Positions 39,015 to 53,036 of a DNA stretch of 60,000 bases are shown in pieces. Position numbers and translations under genes: made by a program. Position 1 is the first letter of the stretch, and every line of letters starts with the position of its first letter. Source of the DNA: Lytechinus pictus (Eukaryota). The stretch is taken from positions 46,502,001 to 46,562,000 of the forward strand of contig NC_087251.1 in the NCBI RefSeq assembly GCF_037042905.1, written 5' to 3'. Under the pieces are notes generated by a model that saw only the letters and a list, made by a program, of their open reading frames with translations, was not told the origin of the DNA and made no database searches.

Positions 39015-39710
39015 TAGGTCAATAGTGCACTCTTCGACGTATTAATTATATGAGATGCATACTGCAGTGTATAGGGAGGCATACAAATATGCAAGCGTAC
39101 AAATATGTACGGTAAGCGTCAAAATAATCTTGCATTTTTGTACAATTCCAAGTCACGTCGCATATCATTTCATGTGATGTTGGGTTATAATTGTCATTTT
39201 GAATTAGTTGCAAATTTTTAAAGCCATTGGTTAACCAGCCCCCCTTCCCCCCAAATCCCAACCAAATATCGGCTACATTTATGCAATAGTGCATAAATGA
39301 GAAGCATATACTGCAGTGCATAGGGAGGCATACAACAAAAGTAAAGGCCCAATCTTGCAATTTCTTACTTGAATTCATAACGCATTGTATTTCATATTAT
39401 GATGTGGAAAAAAAAACATCATATTGAATTATTTACACATTTTGAAAGTCATATAGGGAAGTCAGAAAATTGTTGGAAAGCAACATTATCAAGATCACAT
39501 GGTAAAAAAAACAAGGTTTTACATATATATACTCAATAGTGCACTCCTCATATTAGTTAAATGAGATGCATATGGCAGTACATGGGTTGGCATAACAATA
39601 TAAAGTAAACATTCAAATTAATCCAATACTGGAAGATAGCAATGAAAATTGATATTGCATTTTTGAATAGTTCATAAGTCACACATATTACGTGATGCCA
39701 AGTCGAGTAA
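39015..39710. repeat. Three degenerate tandem units of about 260 bp
   Basis: CAATAGTGCA...ATGAGA.GCATA..GCAGT..ATAGGGAGGCATACAA-type core at about 39019, 39282 and 39533. Confidence 0.7.
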
Positions 39711-40963
39711 TAAATTTTCGTTTTTTAATTAGCAAGGCTGAAAATAATCCATGGCAAACAAGGCTGTGGCATTCATTCAGAGGAAAAAAATACCCTTTCT
39801 TTTCCTTTGGGGGGGGGGGGTGTACTTTTCACAATGTAAAATCTGCAACATTAATAGTGAATAGGGTTTTTCCAGGGCTCTTCGGGGAAATTCGGGGGCA
39901 AAATCGGCCCGAGTCTCCAAGTAATTTTCCCTGCATTGGAAGCCATTGATTGACTTTTGATATTTTTTATGCACTTTTAGTTTATGCAATTTGTTCTGTA
40001 ATGCACAAATGTGCCCTATAAAACAAAGGCCTTGTCCTGAAAAAACAATGAAATGTAAGGCCTGAATTAATTACAAATTTTGAAAACAATATAAAAATAA
40101 AGTAAATCTGAAAATGATAGTGTTTGTTTTCGAGCCTATGTCTTTCATATTAAATGATTATGGTTCTAAGTACTGTAAAAATATATCTGATAAAGTATAA
40201 GTTCACAAAACTTAATATTGTCTATTATGACAAAGCTGATAATGCAGTAATCTCAAATATTTTCAACTGAAAGGCTTACTATTTTTGATTGATATTCCTG
40301 CAATGTCAGCATTACATTACATGAATCCAATTACCACAGGACATTTTAATATGCTGAACGAGTGTCGGTACCACTACCGCAAAAACCAGTCAATTCAAAC
40401 TTGGCTACCTGTCATGAATTTTTGTCATTTCCTACTTCCACCAAATTCATTACTGCAATAAAGGTACACCCTATCATTTATAAAAAAAGAACTTCATGAA
40501 TTTCCTCATTTTTTGGTTGTTGATTATGTTAAACTTTATACTCTGAATGTACAGTTTATTTATTATTTTACATTTTTTGGAAAGGGGTTGTGACCAGAAC
40601 CATTTTTTAAAATGAACTCTAGTATCACAGGTCCTCAAAACAAGCTCAACAAATAATTTAGCACCTAATACACAATTTTAAAATCTTTGCAGTATGACAT
40701 TACCTCTCTCTGATAATAATGCATTTTAAAGTACATATTCGGGGTTAAAATTGATTTTGTGAATGGTGCAACATATTAAGTTTTAGAACGAAAGAATTAT
40801 ATACAATATGGGCCCAGAGGCCCTTTCTAGACCTGCCTAATTTTTTTTCTTTTTTTGTTAGAAGAATCTGAAAATATGAAACACTCATTTGGGTAACAAA
40901 AAAAATGAGAGTAAAAAATCCCCAAAGACTTCTTGGCCCCCGCTTTTATTTATTCAAGTCCTG

Positions 40964-41099
40964 GGGAGTATTTTCTGAAGCAAATAGTCAGTGATTTTCA
41001 CCAACTAATTTGTTCTCAGCCAATCAGATGCAAGGATTTCAGTAGCTTGTAACAGTTGTCAGTGAAAATCACTGTCTATTCATTTCATGGAATGCTCCC
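40964..41099. mobile_element. Short MITE
   Basis: GGGAGTATTTT..GTCAGTGATTTTCAC / GTGAAAATCACTGTC..AATGCTCCC; CTG flanks. Confidence 0.6.
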
Positions 41100-41589
41100 C
41101 TGAATCAATCCCTGAATAGCTGCATGGCACATATAAGCTGTATGATTTCTTCAGGGAAATCACCAACCAAGTTCTTCTCTTTTTTTTACTGACAAAAATC
41201 ATCAAAATTCAATCCAGATCCCTCAAGAGTCATATTATCATTAAACATCAGCGCCACAATATACAACCTAATAACAACAAATCAGAAAACGTGTAAAAGC
41301 AGATATTCCTCCCAACAAATTTGATTTTCATTTCACTTTCATGACATGGTGCGTCCTCTGAACTTTATAAAAAATTGAAATTTATCTAGTCCTGTCTTTT
41401 GGGATGCATCACCAACAGCATCCACTTTTAACCCTTGGGAAATGATTGATGCTCGATTGCGATCAATATAATAAACAGAGAATAGGCCTACAAGCCAGGT
41501 GATGGAACAGCAAGATTTTATGCTTTCTTCATGTATAATTGATTAATTTTCTGAAGTACAGGCCTGTCGTTACATCTAAGGCACGCCAG

Positions 41590-41801
41590 GGGGGGTGTTT
41601 CACAAAGATTTAAGTATGACTTAAATCGCACTTAAATGCAGACGCGATCTGAAATACAACGCGCAATCTAATTGATCAGTACGCAGTAGTGTGCGTAATC
41701 TTTGCATGATCTTACCAATGCAGTTATGCCTTTTATAACGCATGCAACGAGGCATTTAAGTGCGACTCCAAGTCATACTTAAATCTTTGTGAAACACCCC
41801 C
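41590..41801. mobile_element. Palindromic MITE (PIF/Harbinger-like)
   Basis: About 50-bp arms GGGGGTGTTTCACAAAGATTTAAGTATGACTT / AAGTCATACTTAAATCTTTGTGAAACACCCCC; CAG flanks. Confidence 0.8.
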
Positions 41802-43679
41802 CAGAAAGAGTATCTCTCAACAAAAGAGGTGATGGAATATCTTGCAATAGTAAAATGGATAACTACATGTACTCTCAAAATTTACTAAAATTTACTATAA
41901 GCGAATATACACCCACAAAAAAAATATTTCAGGATTTTTCAAAACTTATTTTATCTAAATCTTATGTTCATATTTTAGGACAAAGTAGAGATTGAACTTT
42001 GTGTCATTTTCAAACAATACTTATTCATGGGGAAAACATATTTTTATTATTATTGATTATAAAAAAAATCAAGAGAAAAATCTAAATCACCAGAGAGGCA
42101 GTATTTATGGATTAATTTCATTTTAATATCACATACGTAATAGGCAATATATTGCTAATAATTTCATTAGGCTCTATTTGTAATAGAAGAAAAACATGCT
42201 AAAAGCATTCCCTATCATCTGAACACAAAAATAACCATTTTCTGTCTTAGAAGCTAAATCATTTCACGTTCATCATTTCAGCATGATTCCACAGACATGT
42301 TGTCTGCCTTTAAATCAAGACATAATTCCTGAAACATTTCTTATCAATGGCCGAGTAATTCAAGTGGTTGGGAAGCTTTCACACAAATTTGAATTTTCTT
42401 GTGAAATTGGATAGATGTACAGACCTGTACAATTATGCCAAATCTTTTGAATACTACCACTGATAATGTCAATAATGAAAAATCATAATGGAAAATGAAT
42501 TTTGGATTATGGTGGATGGAAGGGGGAGGGGCTGAAATGCAAGTGGTTCATCACAAACACCATACTTGTTGTTGATGTTTTTGCATCCAAATTGCACCAG
42601 ATTGACAAGAAAATGTGTTCTTCATTTTATGATGCTTCGAACCAACCTCTTTGGCATTTTTTTTGTAATGACAGAACACATTTTTGTCCAAATTGCACCA
42701 GATCAATAAACATTAAAAGCGTTGTTATTGCTTCATGATGCTTCGAAGCAATCTCTTCATTGCCTTGCCATGCTGTTTCAAATTTACCATCTGCACTTTA
42801 AAAAAAAAAAGACATATTATACCCTCTCCTATCTAGTATTAACCCTTTGCATCTGACCATGTAGCTACGTCTCAACCGAATGCCTGCCCGGGCAAAGCTG
42901 GCTTGAACTATTGATCCCGGGCCCTGCGATCGTTAGGTGTTATGATAGGCGCACTCACGATCCCCTCCTCCACTTATGATAACATCATCACCGTCGTTGT
43001 CATCACGAGCCCTCCCATCCATCCTTCCAATCAGTGCCTGCGCCGCTCCAGAGGTCGGGGATCGGCCATTCTACCCCTTTCCGAATCATTAGATATCGCG
43101 CTGTGCCTCAAGGCTCTCCGTTTCCTCCAATATTCATGGGAAGAAGGGAAAAATCCATATAGATGCCCACTATGTAATCATAACAATTTGCTCTCCCCAT
43201 CTCTGATCACCACCTTCTCCGTCCTCTGCCTCCGGGTTGTTTGCACGCCAACATGTAGGTCATCGCTCATCAGCCAATCTCGTCAAGCGTGAAGCTGGTT
43301 CTTCACATCAAATATTTTCTCTCATATCACAAATGCTCGTACATGGGTTAATATGTTGAGGCTGTGAATTCTTTGGAGATGATTTTTGGTGCCAGGGCGA
43401 GCTTTTATGAATCATAAAGATCTGGGGTAGTTTCATAAAGACCCATGACTATAGTAAATTGGACATTATTGTAAACCTTGATTGTGATTGGCTGCTGAGT
43501 CCTGTTACCAATGGTAGTTGCCATAATGGCAAAGTTACATTTGTAACTGTTTATGAAACGGTCCCCATGACACAGGCTTCAGAAATGAAGATTCTATGTT
43601 CCTTTCAGTTTTGAACAATTTTACTACTCATTCCCTGCATTCCTGAATACAATAACTCAAGGAGACATTAGCTACCGCG

Positions 43680-45231
43680 CAGAGCTGCCAACCACACTTG
43701 ACCAAAAATCCTATTATTTCACCCCAAAAATCCTATTTTTAGGCAAAAAATCCTATTCATACCCGTCGTGTACTTTCCTACTATACATCTCATTATTTTG
43801 TTGTGCTCACTGTAATTTTTACATCCGACAGGCAAGGTTCCACATTAACTTTTTTGGTGGTGGCCCGTTTGGTGGTGGCCCGTTCGGGCCACCAAAACCT
43901 TCAAATTATTTTTGTTGGTGGCCCAATATTAAAGTTTGGTGGCCCCACCAAAACAGAACAGGAAAAAAAGTAAAAAAGTAAAAAAGAAAAATTAAAGAAA
44001 AAAAAGAAACAAAAGAAAATTAAAAAAAAATTAATAAAACAAATTAATAAAAATGGTGAAGGGGGAAAAAATGAGAAGCCATTACAAATATTTTTTAACA
44101 GCTGTACGTAGCAACAGTTTAAGCCAATTGAGCAAATAATTTTCACTCACCTTTTGGGGATGACGCATTTCTATTTTTATAACCTTTATTTCGTTTGTAT
44201 TATTATTTTTTTAGTAGAAACATATTCTTTAATCAGGCATATTCAATGGGAAGGGGTATATGGTTTAACCACTGTCAAAAAAAAAAAAAAAATAAGAAAA
44301 CTGTAACTAAAAGTTATATCTGGAAAAAAGGTGTGAGAAAAGTCCTTTACTTTGTTTGCCAAAATGTTTGAAAAATTCACATTTCATATCAATGAAATGC
44401 CTTCCCAAAGTATTTTCTTTATGAAGAGTGATTTAAGAAGTCATTTATAAACAAAAAAGAAAGAAACTGTCTGCTTATTTTTTGCTAGAAAAGACGCAGC
44501 TTCGAAAGAAACCAAGTATCAACATACATACAAATGCACATGTGGGACTGTGATGTACTCACCTGTGTTTTTATGTGTATTAACACATTTGGAAATCAGT
44601 CTTTTTTAGTCAAAAGAGAGGTCATAATTCCTGTTTTTAATGCTTGCAGATAATCAGTTTACACCAGATTTGAGTAATCTGGACTGTAGAAGGGCATTTC
44701 ATTGGTGTAAAATGTGACTTTGACATAGATTTTTAAAGTTCTGTGGAAGATTTCTTAGCAGCAACATTTCCTATCGTAGCTCCCCGAATCTGAATAGGCT
44801 GCTAGCGCACAGATAGCTACATGTAGCTGCTGTGGTTTCATGCAAAGCTCACGCCAGCCGGCCGGCAGGATAATAGCTACTGTATGCTATAGCGGTAAGG
44901 CTATGTACTGTCATGTGTGTGTGTATTTGTGTGTAGATCAACAAAAAGGGCGCATGATGAATTGGTTGCAATTTGAACTGTATAAAGTCGATAAATGCGT
45001 GAAAAATCGGAGGAAAAATTGCGCTACTTTGAAAATTATTGGTTGCCCGATTCGGGCCACCAAAACTTAACATTTTTCATTAATGATTGCCCGAGGTGTA
45101 TTTCTGTAATGTCGAGCCTTGCCATAGCTATATTTTCAAAAAATCGTATTTTATCTATAAAAATCCTAGTGTCGTATTTCAAGTGAAAAATCGTACGGAA
45201 TACGACAAAATCGTACTATTTGGCAGCTCTG
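43680..45231. mobile_element. TIR element with a 6-bp TSD containing a nested element (43833-45121)
   Basis: CAGAGCTGCCAA / TTGGCAGCTCTG; TSD ACCGCG; inner CAAGGTTCCACATT / AATGTCGAGCCTTG with repeated GGTGGCCC/GGGCCACC motifs. Confidence 0.75.
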
Positions 45232-45770
45232 ACCGCGCATCTCCCTTTTCTCTTTCTTTCATTCAAAATGTCTCGCACTCCATGCACTTCCTATTTCTAA
45301 ATCATAACATACAAGCATGGTGAGTGACCCGGTATTTCATGATCGCTCTCCTTTTCCATCCCACATATCTGGGGCTGAATTGCCATCACAGGAAGATATA
45401 ATCGGAGACATCTGGATTTCTCAGACATAAAATTTTGTCTGCAGATTGCTCTGTATTTACATCTAACCCTTCTGCACTTACTATGATAGGTACATTCAGA
45501 CCGACTCAAAGTTCAACAATACCAAATCCCTGATCAGGAAATTTACCCTGATCTACCCCGGTAAGAAAGTACCAGATATTTTTGCTAATGTGAAATCAAA
45601 ATACTTGTAATATTCAAGAAAGAAAATCCTAAACAGTAGGTGCTTGTCAAAATTAACATAACTTTTGAAGGGATTTCTCCGAGACCATTGCTATTTTGGT
45701 AGTGTAAAACCAAATATTGAGAATTTGTATGATATGAATTGGTGAGTATGTTCAGCATGGGGGGAGGGGG

Positions 45771-45930
45771 GGGGGTTCACAAAGTTGTTCGTAAGAGTGA
45801 TTTTAAGAATGACGGTAATTCTTTCTTGTGGTAAATTATATTCACCATTAAATATTTATTGGTGATTACTTAGCGCATAAGAAAGACTCACCAGTCGTTC
45901 TTAACTTACAAACAGCTTTATGAAACACTC
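45771..45930. mobile_element. MITE, same family as the host at 58558
   Basis: TTCACAAAGTTGTTCGTAAG ... CTTACAAACAGCTTTATGAAAC. Confidence 0.6.
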
Positions 45931-46427
45931 ACGTGCCTTGGGGCGGTGGAGCTAGCGATTTCGAACCTTGCACCTCGTCTGCTCCTCAGACCATACTACC
46001 CATGCTCATAACTTCAAGAACTTACTCTGAAAATCTCTGGTTCTGGTGAGTATAAATTTGGGAAATAACTTTCTGGCGTTTTGAGCCTAGAACAAAGTGT
46101 TGTGAGTTTACGGGTATTCTGGTGATCGGGTCGGTCTGAATACGCCTTCTCTCTCCCAATGATTTCATCATTACGTTCCAAGTGCAACTTGTCTCGTGCT
46201 AATTTCATATCCATCCTCAGAAGAATTTAAGCTAGAATAAATTGATTATTGGATCGGGTTTCTCTGATGTACCATCTCCTGTCAATATCTGAATTATGAG
46301 TTGATATTTAATGTTGCTAAGGGAATGAGGTATGAATCAACTTACTAATTTCAAAGGGATGTCTTTACAGGTAGGCATCAGCTTTTTGGCATAAGGCACC
46401 AGCAGATAGGAAGGGGGGGGGGGGAAG

Positions 46428-46840
46428 GGTAAACTGCCGATTGTCTATTGCCAACTTGTCCACTCATCACAAGGTCTACCTTCATTTAGTCTAATGCCAT
46501 TTGGTCCATCAACAATTCGTCTAACAGCCATTTGGTCCAATAACCATTTGGTCCAATAATCACTCTGTCTAATCACCAGTTTGTCTATGACCATTTCATC
46601 TCATAACCAGTTGGGTCTAATACCCATTTTCTTTTCAGTCATTTCGCCCACTTAGTCCAATTAGATCAAACGGTATATGGACTATATGGCTATTGGACCA
46701 ACTGGTTATTAAACAAAATAATGAATGGACAAAATGGAAATTAGACCATGTGGATAGTGGACGAAGTGATGGTAGACCAAATGACAGTAGACAAGTTTAA
46801 AATAGGACGAACTGGCATTAGACCAATTGGAAATAAACCG
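46428..46840. mobile_element. Foldback-like element built from ~15-bp subrepeats in inverted arrays
   Basis: CCATTTGGTCCAATAA-type units on the left; TAGACCAAATG / GGACGAACTGG-type units on the right. Confidence 0.6.
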
Positions 46841-47589
46841 GGAGGGGTTGGGCTGACATGTGACATGGCATTTGCCCCTGCAACAATTGGGGAGGAAGTA
46901 CTTTTTTTTCAAACCACCCCTAAAGACCTAATAATTGTATTTTTTTACATCATGTTAGTCCAATTAAATAAAAAAAAATTATCAGTTCTACAAAATCTAT
47001 GACAGAAATATTACTTCATTAATGAAAATATAGATCTCAGGACTCAATCGCTTGATTTAAAAAAAAAAATACGCTGCATCCAAAACTCAATCCCCTTAAA
47101 AATAATACAAAAATTACTTTTACCTATTTTTATTACACCACTTTCAAAACGGCATTATCCCTGTACAAAGTCGATGGATTTGGGACCATTCAGTGCGAAT
47201 AACTACAAAATAGGTCTAAATGCAGAATAAAAACATATCACCTTACTTGTGTACATCTGGGTGTGTGTGCTCTCATGCCATCAACTTTACTCAGCTATTC
47301 AAATTTATGGATATTGAAAGATGCATTTAATACTGTAAATCATTCTTTTAGCATTATTTTTATCTATTTCATGTTTTGACATATTGATGATGACTTCAAA
47401 AGCAGTATGTACACCTTTGGCATTTCAAAACTAATATGTTTTCATTAAGACACTAATCTAATTCATTGAAAACTGAGGAAGACCCTTTTACTAATATTTT
47501 CATCTCTGCACTAATTATCGATTGTGATATCATCTGCCACCTGTGTACTGTGTACATTTAAAAACTACTCATTTAAATATGGTAACTAA

Positions 47590-48033
47590 TACCGTGTTTA
47601 CACTTAATCGGCATTTGGTTCTGAACCAATTGCCGATGCAGAATCGGCATTTGGATTGCGTTTACACGTTGTTACAGCTCGCGTTTCAGAACCGCGAGCC
47701 GATGCAAAAACCTAAAATGATACGCATACCTACAATATAATAAAGACAACGCTGGATCAGTGCGCTTACAATTACGTCACAATGGTAAAGTAATTGAAAT
47801 GCGCACAAATTGCCGGTGCAGAATCGGCTTTCTGTTTACACGTAGTAAAAAAGCAGCTTCTGCATCGGCTCACGGTTCAGAACCTACTACTTTGGTGGTG
47901 CAAATTGCCGGTTCTGAACCGCGAGCCGATTCAAGTTGCTCGCGTTTACACGCTATGAAAAAGCCGATGCTGAATCGGCTCGCGGTTCAGAACCGCGAGC
48001 CGATTCAAATGCCGATTAAGTGTAAACACGGTA
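47590..48033. mobile_element. PIF/Harbinger-like MITE (444 bp)
   Basis: Perfect TIR TACCGTGTTTACACTTAATCGGCATTTG; TAA TSD; internal GGTTCAGAACCGCGAGCCGAT repeats. Confidence 0.88.
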
Positions 48034-48511
48034 TAAAGCTAATATTTATCGATTGTAGACTGAGCACACATGTAAGAAGTAGGACCAGCACTTCATAGAC
48101 AAGTGCATTTAATAAGCATGCTTGGCTCGGTAAAATGAGATTTTGTATACTTTAAGCCAACATCACGATATGAAATGTGACACGTAGGCTTATTTTCTGT
48201 CTTTACAAATTTCTTATGAATAATTTACAAATGCTAATCATAATCACAATCATCATGTGACCCAAATAATCAAAACCAGATTGCAATCTTTTTTTTTTTT
48301 AAATGTGCATGTCTTTTCACTAGAAAATGTTATAAGCTACTAAAATCCTCGAATGTGATTGGCTGAGAGCAAATTTGTCAATGAAAGTCACTGACAATTT
48401 CCTTCATGAAACACCCCTTTATTAAAGGCATTTGTCTCCAATAAACCCTTAAGAAAAATCCCTTCTTCAACTGTAAAATTTCTTTTAAAATGTGATATGA
48501 CAGGAATACTT

Positions 48512-49290
48512 TAGGGACAGTGATTTTCCGCGATCGCGGAAAACGGACGGAATTCACGGAAAGGGCCTTTTGAAACGGAAAATGGCATTTCAAACGGAAA
48601 ATCACGGAAAACGTATTTTCCCTCAAAATACACAGAATAGCAACAGAAATTACTCCAAAATCACAACAAAATGAGAATATTAAATGGCAAAAAAAACCCA
48701 GAAAACACGATCTCACTTCGCTACTATCATGACAATTCACACATCGTGACTGCACTCGACATCAGCACACTCGATTGTACCCGTACCCCGCACCGTACCC
48801 GTACCCGGCCGGCAGGGTTGGGCTTCACATGCACACATGTATCGTTCAACTACAACTACTACGTTTGAAGATCTAACAGCACGATATCGTGGTCTTAAAA
48901 TCCAAGATGGCGGATTGGGAAAAGACGTTGACTGATGATAACGATGTCCAAAAACCCCCAAAATTATCGATGAAATATCATTTCACCGTGAAATAATGCT
49001 AATAATATGAAAGGGGAGGATGTATGCATGCAAAATGGGTGTGTTAAAATATTTTATTCACCCGCATAGATCCGATTAGAACGGATTTTATTGTGTTGTT
49101 GGTACAGTAGCAGATACAAATTTTGACCAGTGCGAGTGTGCATGTAAATGTGTAAACGGAATTGTCACTTTTCCGTGTGTACAAAGTCTATGGGGAAACG
49201 GAATTTCCGTTTTCTGACATGCTGAAACGGAATTTGAGATTTTCTGAAACGGAAAAGGCAATTTTTTTAAACGGAAAATCACTGTCCCTA
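48512..49290. mobile_element. Non-autonomous DNA transposon (779 bp)
   Basis: TIR TAGGGACAGTGATTTTCCG; 6-bp TSD ATACTT; subterminal AAACGGAA arrays. Confidence 0.85.
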
Positions 49291-50174
49291 ATACTTGTAC
49301 TCCCATCGGCCTTGAGTAATTAAAATCTGACAAAGAACAAATAGTATATGACATCTTGTATGGTATGTTTATCAATTCATTTGGAAAAAAAAATAAGAAA
49401 GCCTGGGACCTATATGGTAACATTTCTCAGCTGATCAGCTCACTCGGCATGTGCATGCAGAATAATTAGAACGAACAAAAAGAAAATGGTAAACATTGCT
49501 TCTTACCGATTACAAAAAGGTGTAAAAAAAATATAAATTACAACATATTTTAGAATATTATAAGCAAAACAAAAAGGAATCTGATTGGCTCAGAGCAACT
49601 GATCATGAAATGCCCAACCAGTGTAACACCCCTAAGAAGACAGCAGTACCTTTTATAACGTTAAAAAACAACCCCCTTCTAAAAGATCATAAACTATAGT
49701 GAGGTTTTGACATTGTTGCTACTACTATAATTCCCTGGGGTTTGTTTTGTTGCCATCCTTGCAAAGTAGACAAAAAAAATCAGGGCACACTAACCCCCCA
49801 AAACAGTATATTGACTGAAACAGAAAGAAAAATATCATTAAATGCAAAATAACTGCAGTGAACTGCTGCAGGTGCAGTTTTTCACACACATGGCTATTAA
49901 AATGCCATATAACCTTTATTCGAGTAATATGGGGAGCAATTGACACAAATCTCATCTTTGTGGGCTCATAAAATAATCTCTATATACTGATTCTTTTAGG
50001 TATAACTGGATTATCAAGGGACATTGGTGTGCAATTAAACTTGTTCAATTTTCCATCAATTATCATAATCGCGAATGTAATACAATCTAACACTAGCACT
50101 ATATTCTATTGTTTAATAATATGTGAATTTCTTGTAATAGATAGGCCTATATTTTTCAAGTGTGTGTTTTTTGT

Positions 50175-50364
50175 GGTCCCACGACATTTGATCCGGTGAC
50201 AATAGCTCGGCTGTAAATTCAATACACTAATGGAATGACAAACTTCAACCCTGGATTTGACCCTAGTATACCCTATGATAAACCTAACATAAAACCCTAT
50301 TTCGACTCTAACCCCAACGCTATATCTTAGACCAAATAAAGCCCGGAGCAAAGGTCATGTCACC
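50175..50364. mobile_element. MITE, reverse copy of the 15546-15754 family
   Basis: GACATTTGATCCGG...CCGGAGCAAAGGTCATGTCACC; CCCTA/AACC-rich interior. Confidence 0.6.
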
Positions 50365-51809
50365 GCTTTTTGTTGCTCTACTTTTTGCCCTCTTGTTATT
50401 CTATACAAATGTACAATTTGATATTATTTGAATTTCAAAGATAAAAAAATGAATTTGAACTGAAAGAAAATAAAAACTCTGGTTTAAGATCCATCAGAAA
50501 ATGAGGATGAGTTTATCCGAAATAAGTCATGTGTTGATCGTATTGATGTAAATTCTTAATGCAAACCAATCCATTCACTACACCAGTTCAATTGTACAAG
50601 TGTTGATTTGTTAGGTTTCATGAAGTTCAACGATTTATATCAAGTTTATCATCCTACACACCAAACTTAACATTGATCAATACTCGACAAATAACTTTGT
50701 AAATCCTAACCATCATTTGTAAAGAAAACCAACCCCTAAACCTCCCCGGAAACTCCACTCCAATACCTTCCACAAGAGTCAACACAGAGATCGATGCCAT
50801 ATGAGATCATATCAAACACATCTTTCAGGTCTTCGGGGAGGAATCGTGTTCGCATTCCATCGTCTTCTATACATAAGTGTTAACATGACGCAAAACGTAC
50901 CAATGTGTGCGTGTAAACACCTATGGAGATGGAAGCAGGGAAAATTGACATGTAGCAGACATCACCGTGCAATCATCATTTGCCTGGCGACAAGACTATA
51001 ATGAAACAAAATGACTGGAGGGAAGAAGAACTCTCGAAGTTGTCTAATAACATGTTGTCGTCACAGGCTCCCAATGCGGGTGGGGAGGAGAAACATGCAC
51101 TAACCTTAGATCGACTCGGGCTCAGCATCCAGGCATAAATGTCACCACTCATTTCATCTATATCAAACAATTTCTACACTTTTTCATAAAAAAGAGACAA
51201 AAACAAGTCTTTATTGCGCTCAATCAAATAAGAATACTAGACATCTCTAAGCTATTTTTAAAACAGACTAAAGCATGTCTCTATCTCCATATTTCTACCC
51301 ATGGTAAAAATTGCTAATCCAGACATAATTTGCTCCCTGAAACAATATAAAGCACTTTACTAATCCAATTAGATTGTCTCTTCCAACAAAAATGATATGA
51401 AAGAGGGTTAATGCCTGCACTAACAAGCATCTTTAAAAGGATATTCAGAACTTGACGCAGCTTGAGAAATACCTTACCCTTAAATGCTTCTTGTATAGTG
51501 TGTCCACCAAAAAGGAAACAGGGATTTCCTATTTTCAACATAAATAAAATATTAAGAGATGGTCTTTCATCTACATTGCCATAATATTCAGCTTTTCTTC
51601 TTCATTTTCATTCCAAATACCAAATATGGCATAAATAGATAATAATAAAGGTATATTTACCCAGGGTAGCCACTTCAGTTCCAAAAACTGTTCTCCCAGC
51701 GGACCCTGCTATTATTATTATGCATAGATGAGCAAAAGAGTTTGAAAATTTAATGTCAATCAAAACAAAGTTGTGTAGAAAAATGGGTTGAGATTTGTTC
51801 AAGATGCTA

Positions 51810-52101
51810 TAATAATAATAGTAATATAGGTATATTTACCCAAGGTAGCCCCTTCGGTTTCGAAAACTGTTCTTCCAGCGGGCCCTGCTATTATTATTAC
51901 CCTGGCTTTAGCTGAGCTGCCTAGGCGCTCAAGCATTCTAGGAATTTCTTCCTACCGGGTACCCATTCACCTCACCTGGGTTGAGTGCAGCAAAATGTTG
52001 ATGGGTTTCTTGCTGAAGGAAATTACGCCATGGCTGGGATTCGAACCCACGACCCTCTGTTTCAAAGTCAGAAGACTAATCCACTGGGCCACAACGCTCC
52101 C
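51810..52101 (-). mobile_element. Full-length tRNA-derived SINE; an extra 3'-end copy lies at 51638-51720
   Basis: Minus strand: A box TGGCCCAGTGG, B box GGTTCGAATCC, core GCACTCAACCCAGGTGAGGTGAATGGGTACC, (TAT)n tail. Confidence 0.88.
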
Positions 52102-52582
52102 TTTAAAGTGACGGCTCATCATATCTTTAATTAATGAGATTGAATTCAGATTCACACTTCAATTTCTATGCATATTTGTTTCTGGTATGCCTCAGAATTT
52201 ATTATTTTTACTCTGAAATTTGTGAACAATTCAGTCTTTGGTCTTGAACAAAGAAGAGATTCCATTCTTGAGATTAATCAATGTTAATTTCATGTTCAAA
52301 CCTTATCCAGCTGTTGAGATATCTTACTCTAAAGATGGATTTCCTTTTTTGTGGGATGCAGTGTATATAGTATCAGAAATAGAATATGATATAATCGGTA
52401 CAATTTTGCTATTGTTGATATGCTGTCAGCTCTCATCTAAATTGAAATTCATGCACTGCTGGTTGTGTATCCCACCAGGCTCACCCAGGATGCCTCCAGG
52501 GGAGGATGCAGGGCAAGAGAGAACGGGGGATGGGGTGTCCTACAATACTACATGTACCTTTATAAAACTTGTTTTTGTACCT

Positions 52583-52610
52583 TTTATTATTATAATTATT
52601 ATTATTCATT

Positions 52611-52671
<61 letters not shown>

Positions 52672-52723
52672 CACTATCATCATTATTATTATTATCTTTA
52701 TTATTTCATTTATTTCATTTCAT

Positions 52724-52755
<32 letters not shown>

Positions 52756-52770
52756 GGGGGGGGGGGGGTT
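52583..52770. repeat. (ATT/ATC)n microsatellite with poly-T and poly-G runs
   Basis: Direct inspection. Confidence 0.88.
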
Positions 52771-52845
52771 TACAAGATTTGAGGGATTTAAGTTCCTTTG
52801 GGGATGTTTGTATAATATTAGCCAGTCAGCAGCTGTAGATATGTA

Positions 52846-53036
52846 CAGAGCCACCAACCTTAATGTGAAAATGTGAAAAAATCCTATTCCTTTATTTCTT
52901 TTTCATCACATTTTCAAGTCTAAAATCCTATTTTTATTCAAAATTGTAAAATCACACTAAAAGTCATCATTCTTTAAGTTTCTTTCCCCTTAAAATCCTA
53001 CTAAATAGGATAAAATTCTACAAATTGGCAACTCTG
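52846..53036. mobile_element. Short MITE related to 43680-45231
   Basis: CAGAGCCACCAACC / TTGGCAACTCTG; AAATCCTA repeats; near-TSD TATGTA/AATGTA. Confidence 0.6.

Noticed and set aside
52030..52101. Possible tRNA gene (A and B boxes)
   Set aside because: Continues into a SINE core and tail; it is a SINE head. The same applies to 29487-29555.
52238..52876. 212-aa ORF, the longest in the track
   Set aside because: Open because of a microsatellite and homopolymers; no domain or splice support.
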